Positions 1 through 12,218 of a stretch of 64,000 nucleotides of DNA are shown piece by piece; position 1 is the stretch's first letter, and every line of letters starts with the position of its first letter. The position numbers were made by a program, and so were the translations under genes. The DNA lies in assembly GCA_034780895.1 (NCBI GenBank), contig JAUZTB010003499.1, positions 62,001 through 126,000 on the forward strand, given 5' to 3'. The notes under the pieces are model-generated. The model searched no databases. It was not told the DNA's origin and saw only the letters and a list, made by a program, of their open reading frames with translations. Origin of the DNA: Rhynchobatus australiae (taxonomy: Eukaryota).

Positions 1-1
1 A

Positions 2-301
2 CAAAAAGAAATTGTTTATGCCTGAGACGAAAAAGAATTAGAAACTTTAGTGCTAAATAAAAAATACGAACTACAACGTTATAAAGGTTTAGGAGAAATG
101 AATGCTGAGCAACTCTGAGAAACAACTATGGATCCTAAAAAAAGACAATTAATTAAAGTTAGTATTAACGATCTTGCCTTAGCCGAAAGAAGAGTTAGCA
201 CCTTAATGGGAACTAATGCCGAACTGCGCAAAACTTGAATTAGCGAAAATGTAAATTTCGAAAATCAAGATTTTTTCACTTTGAAAGTTCAAAATGGCTA
301 A
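2..301 (+). CDS. parE: DNA topoisomerase IV subunit B, 3' end (partial)
   Basis: Frame 2 with TGA=W gives [21 protein letters not shown] (GyrB/ParE C-terminal signature); TAA at 299-301 overlaps the parC start. Confidence 0.92.
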
Positions 302-2990
302 AAACAAAAGGCAAGAGCAAACTTTTTTGCGCCAGGAACTTAATGAAATTATTAGCGAAAGATTCGCGCGTTATTCTAAATACATTATCCAAGAAAGAGC
401 CTTACCAGATTTACGTGATGGGCTAAAACCAGTGCAAAGACGCATTTTGTATTCAATGCACGATTTAAATTTGTACCATAATCAAGCTTATAAAAAATCA
501 GCGCGTATTGTTGGTGATGTAATCGGAAAATATCATCCCCACGGTGATAGTTCTATTTATGAAGCTATGGTGCGCATGGCCCAAGGGTGGAAAATGGCTT
601 ATCCTTTAGTCGATATGCACGGTAATATTGGCTCTATTGATGATGATCCGAGTGCGGCAATGCGTTATACCGAAACGCGTCTAGCCAAAATTAGTAATTT
701 ATTATTAGCAGGCATTAACAAAAAAATCGTTCCTTTTACTAAAAATTTTGATGATAGTGAAATGGAACCTATATTTTTACCAGCTTTATTGCCCAATTTA
801 TTAATGAATGGCGCTAAAGGAATTGCGGCTGGCTTTGCCACAGAAATGCCGCCTCATAATTTAGGTGAACTTTTAAAAGCGGCCATCATTTTAATTAAAA
901 ATCCTTATGCCACTTTAAAAAAACTAATGAAAGTAATTAAAGGACCCGATTTTCCTTTAGGGGGCATTATTTATGGCGAACAAGGCATTATTGATGCTTT
1001 TAAGCTAGGGCGCGGTAAAATCATTATCGCTAGTAAATGAAAATTAGTTGAAGCGGCGCAATTTAGTGAAATCATTATTAGTGAAATTCCTTATGGCGTG
1101 ATCAAAGCAAAACTAATTTATGAAATTGCTGATTTAGCTTATCGGCAAAAACTAAACATTATTTTAGACGTTTTGGACATGTCCGATCGTCAAGGCATTG
1201 AAATTTTAATTAAAATTAAAAAAGAAACTAATGCCGCTGAACTAATGGAATATTTATTTGCCAAAACGAGTTTGCAAATTGCTTACAATTACAATAACAT
1301 CGTGATTCAAAATGGCTATCCTGTTTTATTAAATTTAGGCCAACTTTTAAGTGCTTATGTTGAACATTTAAAAAAAATGCAACGGGCTAGTTTAAATTAC
1401 GATTATGAAAAAGCGCAAAAGCGTTTTGAAATCGTTAGTGGTTTTTTAAAGGCAAGTAGTATTGTTAATGATATTATCGCACTCATTCAAAAAACTCAAG
1501 GCACTAAAGCGCAAGTAATTGAAAATTTAAAAAAGGCTTTTAGTTTTAGTCAAAGACAAGCGCAAGCGATTGCCGAAATGCGCCTTTATCGTTTATCAAA
1601 TACTGATTTTGAAGCTTTTAAAAAAGAAAAAGAAAGCTTAAGTGAAGAAATTGCTTATCTAAAAGATTTATTAAACAATGCCAAAAGTTTTGAAAAATAT
1701 TTAATTGCTTTTTTACAATCTTTAAAAGCTTATTGCTTACCACGCAAAACTTTAATAGTAGCTCAGAGTCTTAAAATGCGCGCGCAGTTGCAAAATATTA
1801 TTGAGCACCAAAAGGTGAAGGTAACTTTAAGTGAAAACGGTTATTTAAAAAGAACTTCCTTAAAAAGTTTTGCCCAAAATAGTTTTAGCGATTTTAAATT
1901 AAAAGACAACGATCGCCTCTTTTTTTATCAAGAATTAAGTACTAAGCAAGTATTATTAATTACAACTTCACACGGGCGCATGGTTTTGTGCCCCATTTTT
2001 AAAATTCAAGAAGCAAAATGGCAAGAGTGAGGGCAACATCTTTCTGAGTATTTTAAGTTTTCCGAAAAGGAAAAAATTGTTAGCGCTTTTAGTTGCGATT
2101 TAGAAAACAATCATTTAGAAATTAGTTTTATTTCGCAAAAAGGAATTGCTAAAAGAATAAAAGTGAGCGAAATTGCCCTTAAGTTACCTTTTCGTCCCTT
2201 TCGCGTTTTAAAACTAAAAAGTGATGATCTTTTAGTTAGTGTTTCCTTAGCTTCAGAAAATCAGAGTTTATTAATTTTTACTTCCCATTCGGGCTTGGCC
2301 AAAATGGCCTTAAGCGATTTACCACTTTTAGGCAATTTGAGTCAAGGCAAGCGCTTATTAAAATTAGCGCCAGGCGAAAAAGTAAATGCTGCTCAGGCGC
2401 TCAACCAAAACGATCAGATCACTTTAGTTTCGCATAAAAATTATTTTTTTAATTTATCAAATAAGAAAATTGCTTACAGTGCGCTAAATTCAAAAACAAA
2501 AAAATTTTTAAAACTTAAAGAGCTTCATAAGATTCATTTTGTGAGCAAAATTATTAACTGAAACGTTATTGATAAAGTCTTAATCTGGTTTAAAAACGGC
2601 ACAACTAGCTTAGTAGAAATTGATGATTTTAAAAAACTTAATGGTCAAGAATTTAGCCGTTTACACAATGGTATTAATCAAGTTATCGAATTCAGTAAAC
2701 ATTTAGAACCCATTAAAAAGCAAATTATTGTGCTTAACACTGAAAATAATAAAACTGATAAGGAGCATAAGGCTAATTTAGTAGATCAAGCAAAGCAAAA
2801 CTTAGATTTGCAAAATCAAAAATTAAGTTTAGTGGAAGACAATAAATCAGCTGAAAAGCTTACTAATCAAGCAAAAGCGACTACTTTTGAGCAAATTAAC
2901 GCCTTATTAGATGATGCAGAACTGAGTTTAAACAAATTAAGATTAAAGCAAAAAAAGATAGTAACAAAAGTGCGAAAAAAAAATAAATAA
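294..2990 (+). CDS. parC: DNA topoisomerase IV subunit A
   Basis: [34 protein letters not shown]; ORF pieces 294/1098/2163/2730 are one frame joined through TGA; directly downstream of parE. Confidence 0.92.
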
Positions 2991-3028
2991 TTGCACGAAT
3001 AACTTGCAACGAATTTATAATATTTATC

Positions 3029-4153
3029 ATGTATAAAGATTCGCAGCAAGGACTAGATCCAAAAGTGGAAAAATGCTTACGCGCCAATAAAATTTTAGCG
3101 CGCAGTTTTGGTTCTAATTTTTATTCTAATGTTGCTTCAAAGTTTAACTCTGAGCCTACTAAATTGTGTGCTCTGCTTTTAGACTCTAAAAGCCATTTTC
3201 AAGAATTTCTTTACTTTTTTGGTATTAATGAAAAAGTATATTTTGATAAAAACTTAGAATTTACACTTAATTCTAGTAACACTTTTAAGGAGTTACACTC
3301 CATTTTACCAAAGCGCTATAGTTTACCAACTTTAACGCTACAAAGAATTAGTACGGAAAATTTAACAATCGATGAAAAGGCTATTAATGCCAATTTAGAA
3401 AAATTTAAAAAGTTCCGCGCACAAATTATTAACTACGCCTTACAATACATCCAATCACCCATTGAAAAATACAAATTTGTCATTTATCATTTACTCGAAA
3501 TTCGCAACTGGAACGAACTAGTAATTAAATCTAGAGATAAAGATTTTGATAATCCTTTAGCTTATGCTCTTAAACTTTTAGTACAAAAGCTTAAAGAAGT
3601 TAATTTAATTGTTAATTTTGTTAGCGTCTGCTGCACCCAAACTATCGCTCAACACAAACTCAATTTTGCTAATGCTAATGAGCATTTGCAATCAACTACG
3701 ATTCCGATGCCAAATTATTATTTAATTAACGTTTGCAATGAAAGTAATGATTTATTAAAAATTTACGTTATTGTGCACGAACTAATTCACATTATTAGTG
3801 ATTTTGAAAAAGTCACTTTACACAAAAAACCTAATCCTCATCCTGAATATGTAAACCGCATGATGATTGTTGAGTGTCACCATCCGATGAATAGTCGCAT
3901 CGCTACTATTTTAGAAAACATTATGCTCGAAAACATCGTCATTCGTCCTATTACGCGTTACAATCGTATTGCTAATTCTATTGCCACAACAGCGACTAAT
4001 TTTAATATTGATTATCGCATTATCCTAAGACGTTTTATTAATTTACACAGTCATTTTAACTGGGAAAAACTCGATAAATTAACAAGACAAATTGAGTTTT
4101 TAATTGCTAAAAAACAAAAAATGATGCAAGAAAAACGTTCCCAAGTTTCTTAA
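3029..4153 (+). CDS. ImmA/IrrE-like zinc metallopeptidase (HExxH) with C-terminal HTH-like segment
   Basis: IVHELIH zincin motif; downstream TATNFNIDYRIILRRFINL resembles the HTH found after the ImmA/IrrE peptidase domain; TATAAT at 3016-3021 just upstream. Confidence 0.55.
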   Translation: MYKDSQQGLDPKVEKCLRANKILARSFGSNFYSNVASKFNSEPTKLCALLLDSKSHFQEFLYFFGINEKVYFDKNLEFTLNSSNTFKELHSILPKRYSLPTLTLQRISTENLTIDEKAINANLEKFKKFRAQIINYALQYIQSPIEKYKFVIYHLLEIRNWNELVIKSRDKDFDNPLAYALKLLVQKLKEVNLIVNFVSVCCTQTIAQHKLNFANANEHLQSTTIPMPNYYLINVCNESNDLLKIYVIVHELIHIISDFEKVTLHKKPNPHPEYVNRMMIVECHHPMNSRIATILENIMLENIVIRPITRYNRIANSIATTATNFNIDYRIILRRFINLHSHFNWEKLDKLTRQIEFLIAKKQKMMQEKRSQVS

Positions 4154-4283
4154 AAAAACGACTTTTTTTGCGATTTTTGATGTTTAATTAATTTTTTTAA
4201 AGTTTGCAGCTCATGTTTTGCAACTTTTTATCTTTTCTTGAAAAAAGCTTAAGCAACTAAAAATATTATAATATACTAATGGA

Positions 4284-6011
4284 ATGTGAAAAATTTATAA
4301 GAATTTGAGCTACAAATTACGTTTTTTAACTTTAGTAGTTTTCATTTTTATAGGTGCTCAAAGTTCGCTTGGCTATGTGCAAACGGTTTTAATTAAAGAT
4401 CTTTTGGAAAATATTAAGCAAGCTCCAGTAGTAAGTGAAATTGTTTTGCTTTTTATTTATTCATTGTTAGCTTTTTTGTGTAGTATTGGCGGCCAACAAA
4501 CTGGCGTTTTTGTGGCCAATCGTTATGCACGCGATATTCGCGCGGCTTATTATGATAAAGTTTTTTCAATGTCTTTAGCTGATATTGAAAAATTTACTAC
4601 TTCCAGTTTAATTACACGCGCTACTAATGATGTGCAAATTTTCCAAATTATCTTTTTTTCTAATGCTGTTTTTTTAGTGCGCGGTCTTTCTTTATTTATT
4701 GGTGGCTTAGTCACCGCTTTAACGATAAATTTAGCACTTTCTTCACTTTTATTATTAATTATTCCTGCTTTTTTAGTAGTGATTGTTTATTATGGCAAAA
4801 AAGCACAACCCTTTTTTCAAAAGGGGCGCAAGCTTTTAGACACCGCTCAAGATAAAATGCACGAAACAATTATCGGATCAAGGGTCATTAAATCTTACAA
4901 TTTAGAAAGAGTAATGTTTGAACGTTTTGATAAAGTCGACTTAGCGCTAACTAAAAACGATACTCGCGCTAATAGTTTATTAGCAAGAATTAGTCCTATT
5001 GTGCAAGCCTTTTTGAACGTAGCCAACATTTCTATTGTCCTAATCGTTGGCCTTTTAGTAGCTACTAAGCAAGCCGATAGCCGCCTTTTTTCAATTATTA
5101 TTTCCTTTGTCCAAATTTTACTAAGAGTTACGATCGGAATGTATATTATCGCTTATAACATTGTTGAGTTTAGTTCCGGAGTGCCTAGCATTATGCGCTT
5201 AGTAGAAATTTTAAACTATCAAGAAAACACTTATTATCCACCAACTAGCGCTCAAAAAATGGAAGGTGAAATTGAGTTTCGTAATTTAAGTTTTGCTTAT
5301 CAAAAAGGCCAAAAAGTTTTAAAAGAAATTAATTTAAAAATTGCTAATGGCCAAAAAATTGGCATTATCGGCCAAACCGGAGCTGGCAAAACGACTTTAT
5401 TAAACTTAATTTATCGCGCTTATGATGCCAGCGAAGGGGAACTCTTAATTAATGGCATAAATATCAAAAATTATTCAAAAAAAGATTTAAGCGAAAACAT
5501 TGCCATCGCTTCACAAAAAAGCGAAATTTTGCAAGGCACGATTCGCGACAATCTTTTAATGTCTTCACGCATTAGCGAAATTAAAAACCCGCAAAAGCAA
5601 GATCAAGCCATTTGGCAAAGTTTAGAATTAGCTAAAGCCGCCACTTTTGTTAGATCTTATCCAGAAAAGCTCTTAGCGCCTACGGCGCAGCGCGGTAATA
5701 ATTTATCAGGAGGACAAAAGCAGCGTCTTTCAATTGCGCGCACCATCGCCCAAAAAGCAAAAATTACTATTTTTGATGATTCCACGAGCGCTCTTGATAC
5801 TAATACCGAAGCTCAAGTTTTAGAAAATATTTTTAATTCTATCGAAACGACTTTAATTATTGTGGCGCAAAGAATTTCCACCGTTAAAAGAATGGATCGC
5901 ATTGTCGTTTTGGAAAATGGTGCTATTAGTGGCATTGGCAGTCATCATGAATTACTAAAAACTAATCGCTTGTATTACGATATCGCCTTAGCGCAACGCG
6001 AAATCAAATAA
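4284..6011 (+). CDS. ABC exporter, fused permease/ATPase, subunit 1 of heterodimer
   Basis: N-terminal TM domain, Walker A GQTGAGKT, LSGGQKQR, degenerate Walker B IFDDST; start extended to ATG TGA AAA (MWKIY) at 4284. Confidence 0.9.
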
Positions 6012-6061
6012 CTAAAAGTAAATAGTTACTAAGAAAACAATAAGAAGTAAAGAAGACAATT

Positions 6062-7933
6062 ATGGCTCACAAAGAAAAAACCGTGAAAAGCTCCTTATTA
6101 GCAAAAAATGCTAAGAGTAAACGTAATAAAATTAATGGCTTACTCTTTATTTACCATTTTGTTAAAATTTTTAAACGCGAGACTTTATTAATTATGCTCG
6201 TGGCTCTTATTTTCACGGCTGTTAATTTTTCAGCAAGCATCATTTTTTTTTATTTTCTCAGTTGGGTAAGCGCCACTTTTATTAATAATATTAATGACAA
6301 TTTAGTCGCTTTTATCATTTATTCTTGCTTTTTTATTGTTGGCTATATTATCGCCATGGTTTTGTCTTTACTAGAAAACAATATGATTACTAAAACGGCA
6401 CAAAATATTGGTCATCAAATGCGCCGTGATACTTTTAGAAAAGTGGCATTATTAAAAGTCGTATTTTTTGATACTAATTTAAGTGGCGATATTTTATCAC
6501 GCATGTCTAATGATGCTAACAATATGATTCGGGTCTTAACGCAAAATACAGCCGAGATTTTAGTGCAAACTTTAATGTTTTTAAGCGTGATTGTAGCCAT
6601 GTTTATTTTTAGTCCCATCATTAGTGCCATTATTGTTTTAGGCATTTTTCCTTTAACCATCTTTTACATTTTTATGCTTGCCAAAATTTCGCAAAAATAT
6701 TTTCAAAGGCGACAAAAAAGGCTAGGCGCTTTAAATGGCTACTTAGAAGATATGATTACTAATATACGCACTGTTAAAAACTTTGCCTATGAGACAAGCT
6801 CAAAAGTTAAATTTCAAAAAAAACTTAACGATCATGCCCGTGATGATTATAAAGCGACTGCCATTTCACGCTTTTTGTTTCCCATCGGTTTATTTTTAAA
6901 CGATTTAGCTAATTCCTTTGCCATTGCTTTACCTATTCTTTTTGTTTATTATAAAATCGAGTTTGGCGGCATTAACTCAACTTTAGTTTTAGTTAATGGC
7001 ATTCCCACTTATGCAATTGCCTTAATTACTGTTTACACGATGTTTTTACGTTTTTACAACCAAGGACTTTTCGCTTTTACTAACTTAACTACTAACTTTC
7101 AAAGCGCCTTAGCTGGGGCTGGGCGTATTTACCAAATCCATCAAGAAGAAGAAGAAAAACGAAGCCAAGAAATTTACAAAATTGATAAATTAAAAGGTGA
7201 TATTAGTATTGTTAATTTAACTTTTAAATACCCAAAAAGTGATATGGCCGTTTTAAAAAAGGTAAATTTAGAAGTAAAAGCAGGCGAAGTTATCGCCATT
7301 GTGGGCCATACTGGTTCTGGCAAAACGACTTTAATTAACATTTTAAGTAAATTTTATGAAGACTATGAAGGTGAAATTTATCTTGATCAGATGCCTTTGA
7401 AAAAAATTGATCGCTTTTCTTTACGCCATCAAGTCGCTAATGTTTTGCAAGATGTTGTTTTATTTAATGATACCATTTTAGAAAACATTCGTTTTGGTGA
7501 TTTAAAAGCGACTGATGAAGAAGTTTATGAAGCAGCTCAAAAAGCTAATGCACACCATTTTATCATGCAACTTGAAAATGGTTATAAGCATCTTTTGTCG
7601 AGTAAATCATCACAACTTTCAGTTGGCCAAAGGCAACTAATTTCTATTGCCCGCGCTTTTTTAAAGCGCTCTAGCATCTTAGTTTTAGACGAAGCAACGA
7701 GTAATATAGATTCCAAAACGGAACTGCAAATTCAAGATGCGATGCTTAAACTAATGAAAAATCGTACTACTTTTATTATTGCCCATCGTCTTAGTACGAT
7801 TCGTAATGCTTCCAAAATCGCTGTTTTTCACCAGGGCCAATTAATTGAAATGGGTTCGCATAACAGTTTAATGTGCCAAAAAGGAACTTATTATCGTCTC
7901 TATTTACAAGGGAGCCAATCTTTTGATGACTAA
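6062..7933 (+). CDS. ABC exporter, fused permease/ATPase, subunit 2 of heterodimer
   Basis: TM domain, GHTGSGKT, LSVGQRQL, consensus Walker B VLDEAT and AHRLST; degenerate/consensus pairing with the upstream gene. Confidence 0.9.
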   Translation: MAHKEKTVKSSLLAKNAKSKRNKINGLLFIYHFVKIFKRETLLIMLVALIFTAVNFSASIIFFYFLSWVSATFINNINDNLVAFIIYSCFFIVGYIIAMVLSLLENNMITKTAQNIGHQMRRDTFRKVALLKVVFFDTNLSGDILSRMSNDANNMIRVLTQNTAEILVQTLMFLSVIVAMFIFSPIISAIIVLGIFPLTIFYIFMLAKISQKYFQRRQKRLGALNGYLEDMITNIRTVKNFAYETSSKVKFQKKLNDHARDDYKATAISRFLFPIGLFLNDLANSFAIALPILFVYYKIEFGGINSTLVLVNGIPTYAIALITVYTMFLRFYNQGLFAFTNLTTNFQSALAGAGRIYQIHQEEEEKRSQEIYKIDKLKGDISIVNLTFKYPKSDMAVLKKVNLEVKAGEVIAIVGHTGSGKTTLINILSKFYEDYEGEIYLDQMPLKKIDRFSLRHQVANVLQDVVLFNDTILENIRFGDLKATDEEVYEAAQKANAHHFIMQLENGYKHLLSSKSSQLSVGQRQLISIARAFLKRSSILVLDEATSNIDSKTELQIQDAMLKLMKNRTTFIIAHRLSTIRNASKIAVFHQGQLIEMGSHNSLMCQKGTYYRLYLQGSQSFDD

Positions 7934-7937
7934 CAAT

Positions 7938-7960
7938 AAGCCCAAGGTGGCTTTTTTTTA
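7938..7960 (+). terminator. Intrinsic terminator after ABC pair
   Basis: aagcc-caaggt-ggctt followed by a T run. Confidence 0.6.
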
Positions 7961-8044
7961 TTTTTAAAGCTTAACTAAAAAATGAAAGTAACAATTTTTT
8001 CCTAATTTTTTCAAGAGTTAGCTTTTTTCAAGGAAAATATAAAC

Positions 8045-8890
8045 ATGGCTCGCAAATATTATTTAAACCGTGACTATTTTTTGGATTTTCAAAAACAAAA
8101 ATTAATTTTAAGTGATCAGCTTTATCAAAAACTAAAAAAAGCTCAAGTTTTAATTTTTGCTAATAAATACCGAGGCTACAAAAAAGTTAGCGGCACTGTC
8201 GTTGCTGATGTTTTGGAAGTTGACAATTTCAAAAGCCAATTTAACGCTTTTTGTCATATTAGTGGACTCAAAGGGCCCATTATGATAAAAAAATACGTTG
8301 AAGCTGGCGTTAATATTGAACCTAAAGTAGTCGCTGCCTTAAGGCAAAAACTGCCCCAGTACACAATAGAAACTTATGATCCTAAAAAGTACAATTACGA
8401 TTATTTTAGCGATCAAGACGAAATTGTCGGTGGCCTTCCTGATGCTTATTTAGTGGAAAAAAAAATTATTATCGAAATTAAAACGACTGGCATTAAAAAT
8501 CTTCAAAACTGAAATAAATTTGGCGTTCCTGCAGCTTATATTAAACAAGCTCAGCTTTACGCTTATTTAAAAGGAGTGAAGCGCTTTTCCATAGTCGCTA
8601 CTTTTTTAGAAGCAGAAGACTATTTAAATAGCGCCAATTACCCAATTGAAAAAAGAATTATTCGCACTTATCCTTTTGAAGTGAATGAAACGATTGTCAC
8701 TAATGATCTTTTAAGAATTAAATCTTGATATCAGCAATACACTAATTCACAAATTAGTCCTAGTTTTGATCTCAACAAAGATCAAGATTTATTAGCTTAT
8801 TTACGCTGTGAAAATAGTGAACAATACCAAATGCTCATTAGTGAATGAAAAAAACTCGGTAAAGCTGATGAGGATTTTTATGATTCCTAA
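8045..8890 (+). CDS. PD-(D/E)xK nuclease, YqaJ/lambda-exonuclease-like (mycoplasma MAGa7180-type)
   Basis: G..IEP, GGLPDA, IIEIKT and QAQLY motifs; read through TGA to TAA at 8888-8890. Confidence 0.7.
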
Positions 8891-10895
8891 AGAAAAAAAA
8901 ATTCAATACCGCCACTATTTAAACTATTTATTAACTAAAGAACCTTATTTTATGTTTCACAATTTTGAAGATTTAGTAGCACAAATTGCTCAGGAAAACA
9001 ACTTTAGCAAGCCCCACTTTGAAATTCAAAAGCTCGATTTGTGAGACCTTTTATCAAAAGAAGGCGAAAGTGACTGAACCGATCTTGACGGGCTGCACAA
9101 TTTCACTTTAGTGAGTGAAGATTTTAATCTTTTTAAGCGTCATGAAAAAGAAGCGCAAAAATTTTTACTAAAAACTTTTACTAAAGCTTTAGACGAAGAT
9201 GAATACCGAATTACTAACTTAAAAGGGACTCGCGCTTTAAAAATTTTGGAAACGCAAAAATGATTAAACGATGCAAAAGTGAAACTCATTTTTAAGCCTT
9301 ATTTTACTTATCAAAACTTTGAAGCTGCCAGTTTTGCCTATGATAAAGAACACCATATGCTTTACAATCTTAAATTTAACGCTAATACTAACATTCAAGA
9401 TTACATTAAAGCTTTTTTTGATTTAGATATCATTACTAAGAGTTTGCAAGCTTCTTTTCCTTTTTTAAAAGTTAATAATTACGCTTTATTAATTTTAGAT
9501 TATCCAGAAGCTATAAAAAAAGGGACTATTCCTTATTGCCAAAATTTTTATGCTGCGACTACTAAAAACGCTAAGCCCAAAAACAAAAAATTAACTTTTC
9601 AAGAAAGCTTATTAATTAAAAGAGGACGCTTTTTAAATTATCAAGACTTTCAAAAAAAACGTTCTAATTACTCTATTTTTGAATATTTTCGAGCTAATTT
9701 AAAAGGTTATGAATTAGGTAATAGTAAGCCTTTTAAAAAAATTGAACGCATTTATTTGCCTACGCAAATTCCTTTTTCTGAATTTAATTACGAAGCGATT
9801 AATCCTTTAGTAAAGCAAAGCATCAAAGCTTATTTTGAAAATCAGCAAAAAGATCAGTATTTTTATCATTTTTTTAATGCCATGCAAAAAAACCAATACG
9901 GCATCCACCCTTTTCGCCAAGCCATTAACGATTTTTTTTTGAGCACTTTAAATCAAGCTAATAAACGCGTTTATCGTCTTAAAAATTTAAATCCCAAAAC
10001 AGAAAATTATTATTTAGAGTTAATTGAAACTAAAGAAAGTAAAAACCAAATTACTAATGAAGAGCGTTTTTTAGAAACAATTACTCATTTTTTATACGCC
10101 CACACTTATTATGTTTGATACGATTTTGAAACTATTTCCCTTCCTGAGGCCATTTTAGATTTTTATTATCCTTATGATAAATTGCCTTTTCAAGTGTCTT
10201 TAGTGTGAACTTTTAATGGCCAAGAAAAAAAACGTTACAATCACGTTTTAGACACCCAAGCGCTTAGCCTAAAAGCTTTAAAAAAAATTATTGATTTAAT
10301 TTATCGCCACTTGGGCGATCAATACCCTTATCAGTACGTTAGTTACAATAAAAGTTTTGAAAATAGTGTGATTTCTAAAATTGCTGAAGCTTTAGCTTTA
10401 GCTAAAGACCCTGAAGCTCTAAAATATCAAGCAATAGTGATGGAAATTAAGAGTAAAACTTTAGATCTTGAAGATTTTTTTAAGCAAACACGTCTTGATC
10501 AAGCACCAATTTACGAAATTGGTGCCCTTAAAGGAAAATCAAGCATCAAGCTTTTAGAAAAGTTTTTAAGCCAAAATCACTACCCTTTAAAAACTAAAAT
10601 TGTTCCTTATCAAAAGCTGGCAATAAATAATGGCTTAGTAGCGATGCAACAAGGCATTTTACGTTATTTAAACATTACTACTAAAACGATTTGAGAACAA
10701 AAGATCGTGCCCCAGCTTAAAGCTTATTGCCAAAACGATGTTGTAATGATGTTAATGATTTTTGAATTTTTACTTTTGCAAGCGCAAGCTTTATGAAAAG
10801 ACTTTGATCAGTACTTATTTGCTTTAAAAAGCGAACAAAAACTGCTTCATTTAATGAAGCCATTTGCTCAAGAAAAGACAATCAAAAAACACTAG
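8880..10895 (+). CDS. DUF2779/UU173-type protein with C-terminal RNase H-fold (DEDD-like) nuclease domain
   Basis: Single frame through TGA; WYDFET, PFQVS, YNKSFE, TLDL, SIK and YCQNDV motifs; overlaps the upstream nuclease by 11 nt. Confidence 0.65.
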
Positions 10896-10916
10896 TTGCT
10901 AAGAACTAGTGTTTTA
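10886..10916. terminator. Bidirectional hairpin terminator between convergent genes
   Basis: aaaacactagtt-gctaag-aactagtgtttt inverted repeat. Confidence 0.65.
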
Positions 10917-11013
10917 AGCTACTTAGTAAAACTTTAATAAAGTTGCTAAGCTAAAGCCTTTATTTAATTGAGCTTTTAATAAAGCTGAGCTTCTTAACTT
11001 CGCAGCAGCTTTT

Positions 11014-12159
11014 TTAGCGGCGGGTAAATCAAGGCGGTAAAATGCTTTTACTAGGAGCTTCATTTTTTTTGGCAGCTGATGAAGGTGCTTTTTTTTCTAA
11101 AGCGTAAAAAGATTCGTCTAATAAGAAATCGCGCGTTGCGCTATCTTCGAGTTTAACTTCCATCGTTTTAATTAATTGACTAACGCTTTGCAGTTTTTGT
11201 TCATTAGTAACGCTTTTAGTTTCTTGAAGGCCAGTAGCAATCATGGAAACCAGAATTTCATCTTCAATTTCTTCTTTGATAGAAGTGCCAAAGATAATAT
11301 TAACGTTTTTTCCTAAAGCTTGGCTGATGACACTGACCGCAGTATTAATTTCTTGTAAAGTAAGATCCTGAGAACCACTAATATTAATAATGGCATCAGT
11401 AGCTCCTTCGATACTAGTTTCAATTATGGGGCTGCTCACCGCATTGATTGCAGCTTTAGTAGCCCGATCGGTGCCCGAGGCGCGCCCGATGCCAATAATG
11501 GCATAACCTTTTTTTTCCATCACAGTACGCACATCAGCAAAATCGAGATTAATATGCGCTGGTAAGGCAATAATTTCAGTCATCGTTTTAACAGTTTGTT
11601 TTAAAATCATATCAGCGTAAACAAAAGAGTCCTTAATGGGCACATCGCCAAATTCTGCTAACAATTTGTTATTAGAAATAACGACTAAAGAATCAACTTT
11701 GGCAAAAAGTTTTTCAATGCCTAATTGGGCGTTGTGGCTGCGCTTTTGACCTTCAAAAGTAAAAGGCGTAGTCACAATGGCAACCGTTAAGGCGCCTAAA
11801 CTTTGCGCCACTTCAGCGAAAACATGAGCCGCACCAGTTCCGGTGCCCCCGCCCATGCCGGCCGTGATGATGACCATATCGGCATCTTTTAAAGCTTCTT
11901 TAATTTCCGCTAAAGACTCAGTAGCGGCGCTAAAGCCAATTTCAGGATTAGCTCCAGCACCAAGACCGCGCTTATTGTCTCCAAGATGCAACTTTAAAGC
12001 TGCACTGGAGCGATTTAAAACTTGAATATCAGTATTAGCAACAATAAATTCAACACCTTCAATACGATCTTGAATCATAGTTTCAACAGAATTAGATCCT
12101 GCCCCGCCAACACCGACAATTTTTATTTTGACAATGGCACTAGTTTGCTTATTAGTCAT
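11014..12159 (-). CDS. ftsZ: Cell division protein FtsZ
   Basis: GVGGAG, GMGGGTGTG, NLDFADV; C-terminus reads through TGA to PPWFTRR*. Confidence 0.97.
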
Positions 12160-12218
12160 CCAAAACTCCTTCTCATCTCATCATTTTAAGATTATCACAA
12201 GTTCGTAAAGATTAGTAA

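Noticed and set aside
2730-2990. Independent coiled-coil ORF after parC
   Set aside because: In frame with parC through TGA; it is the ParC tail
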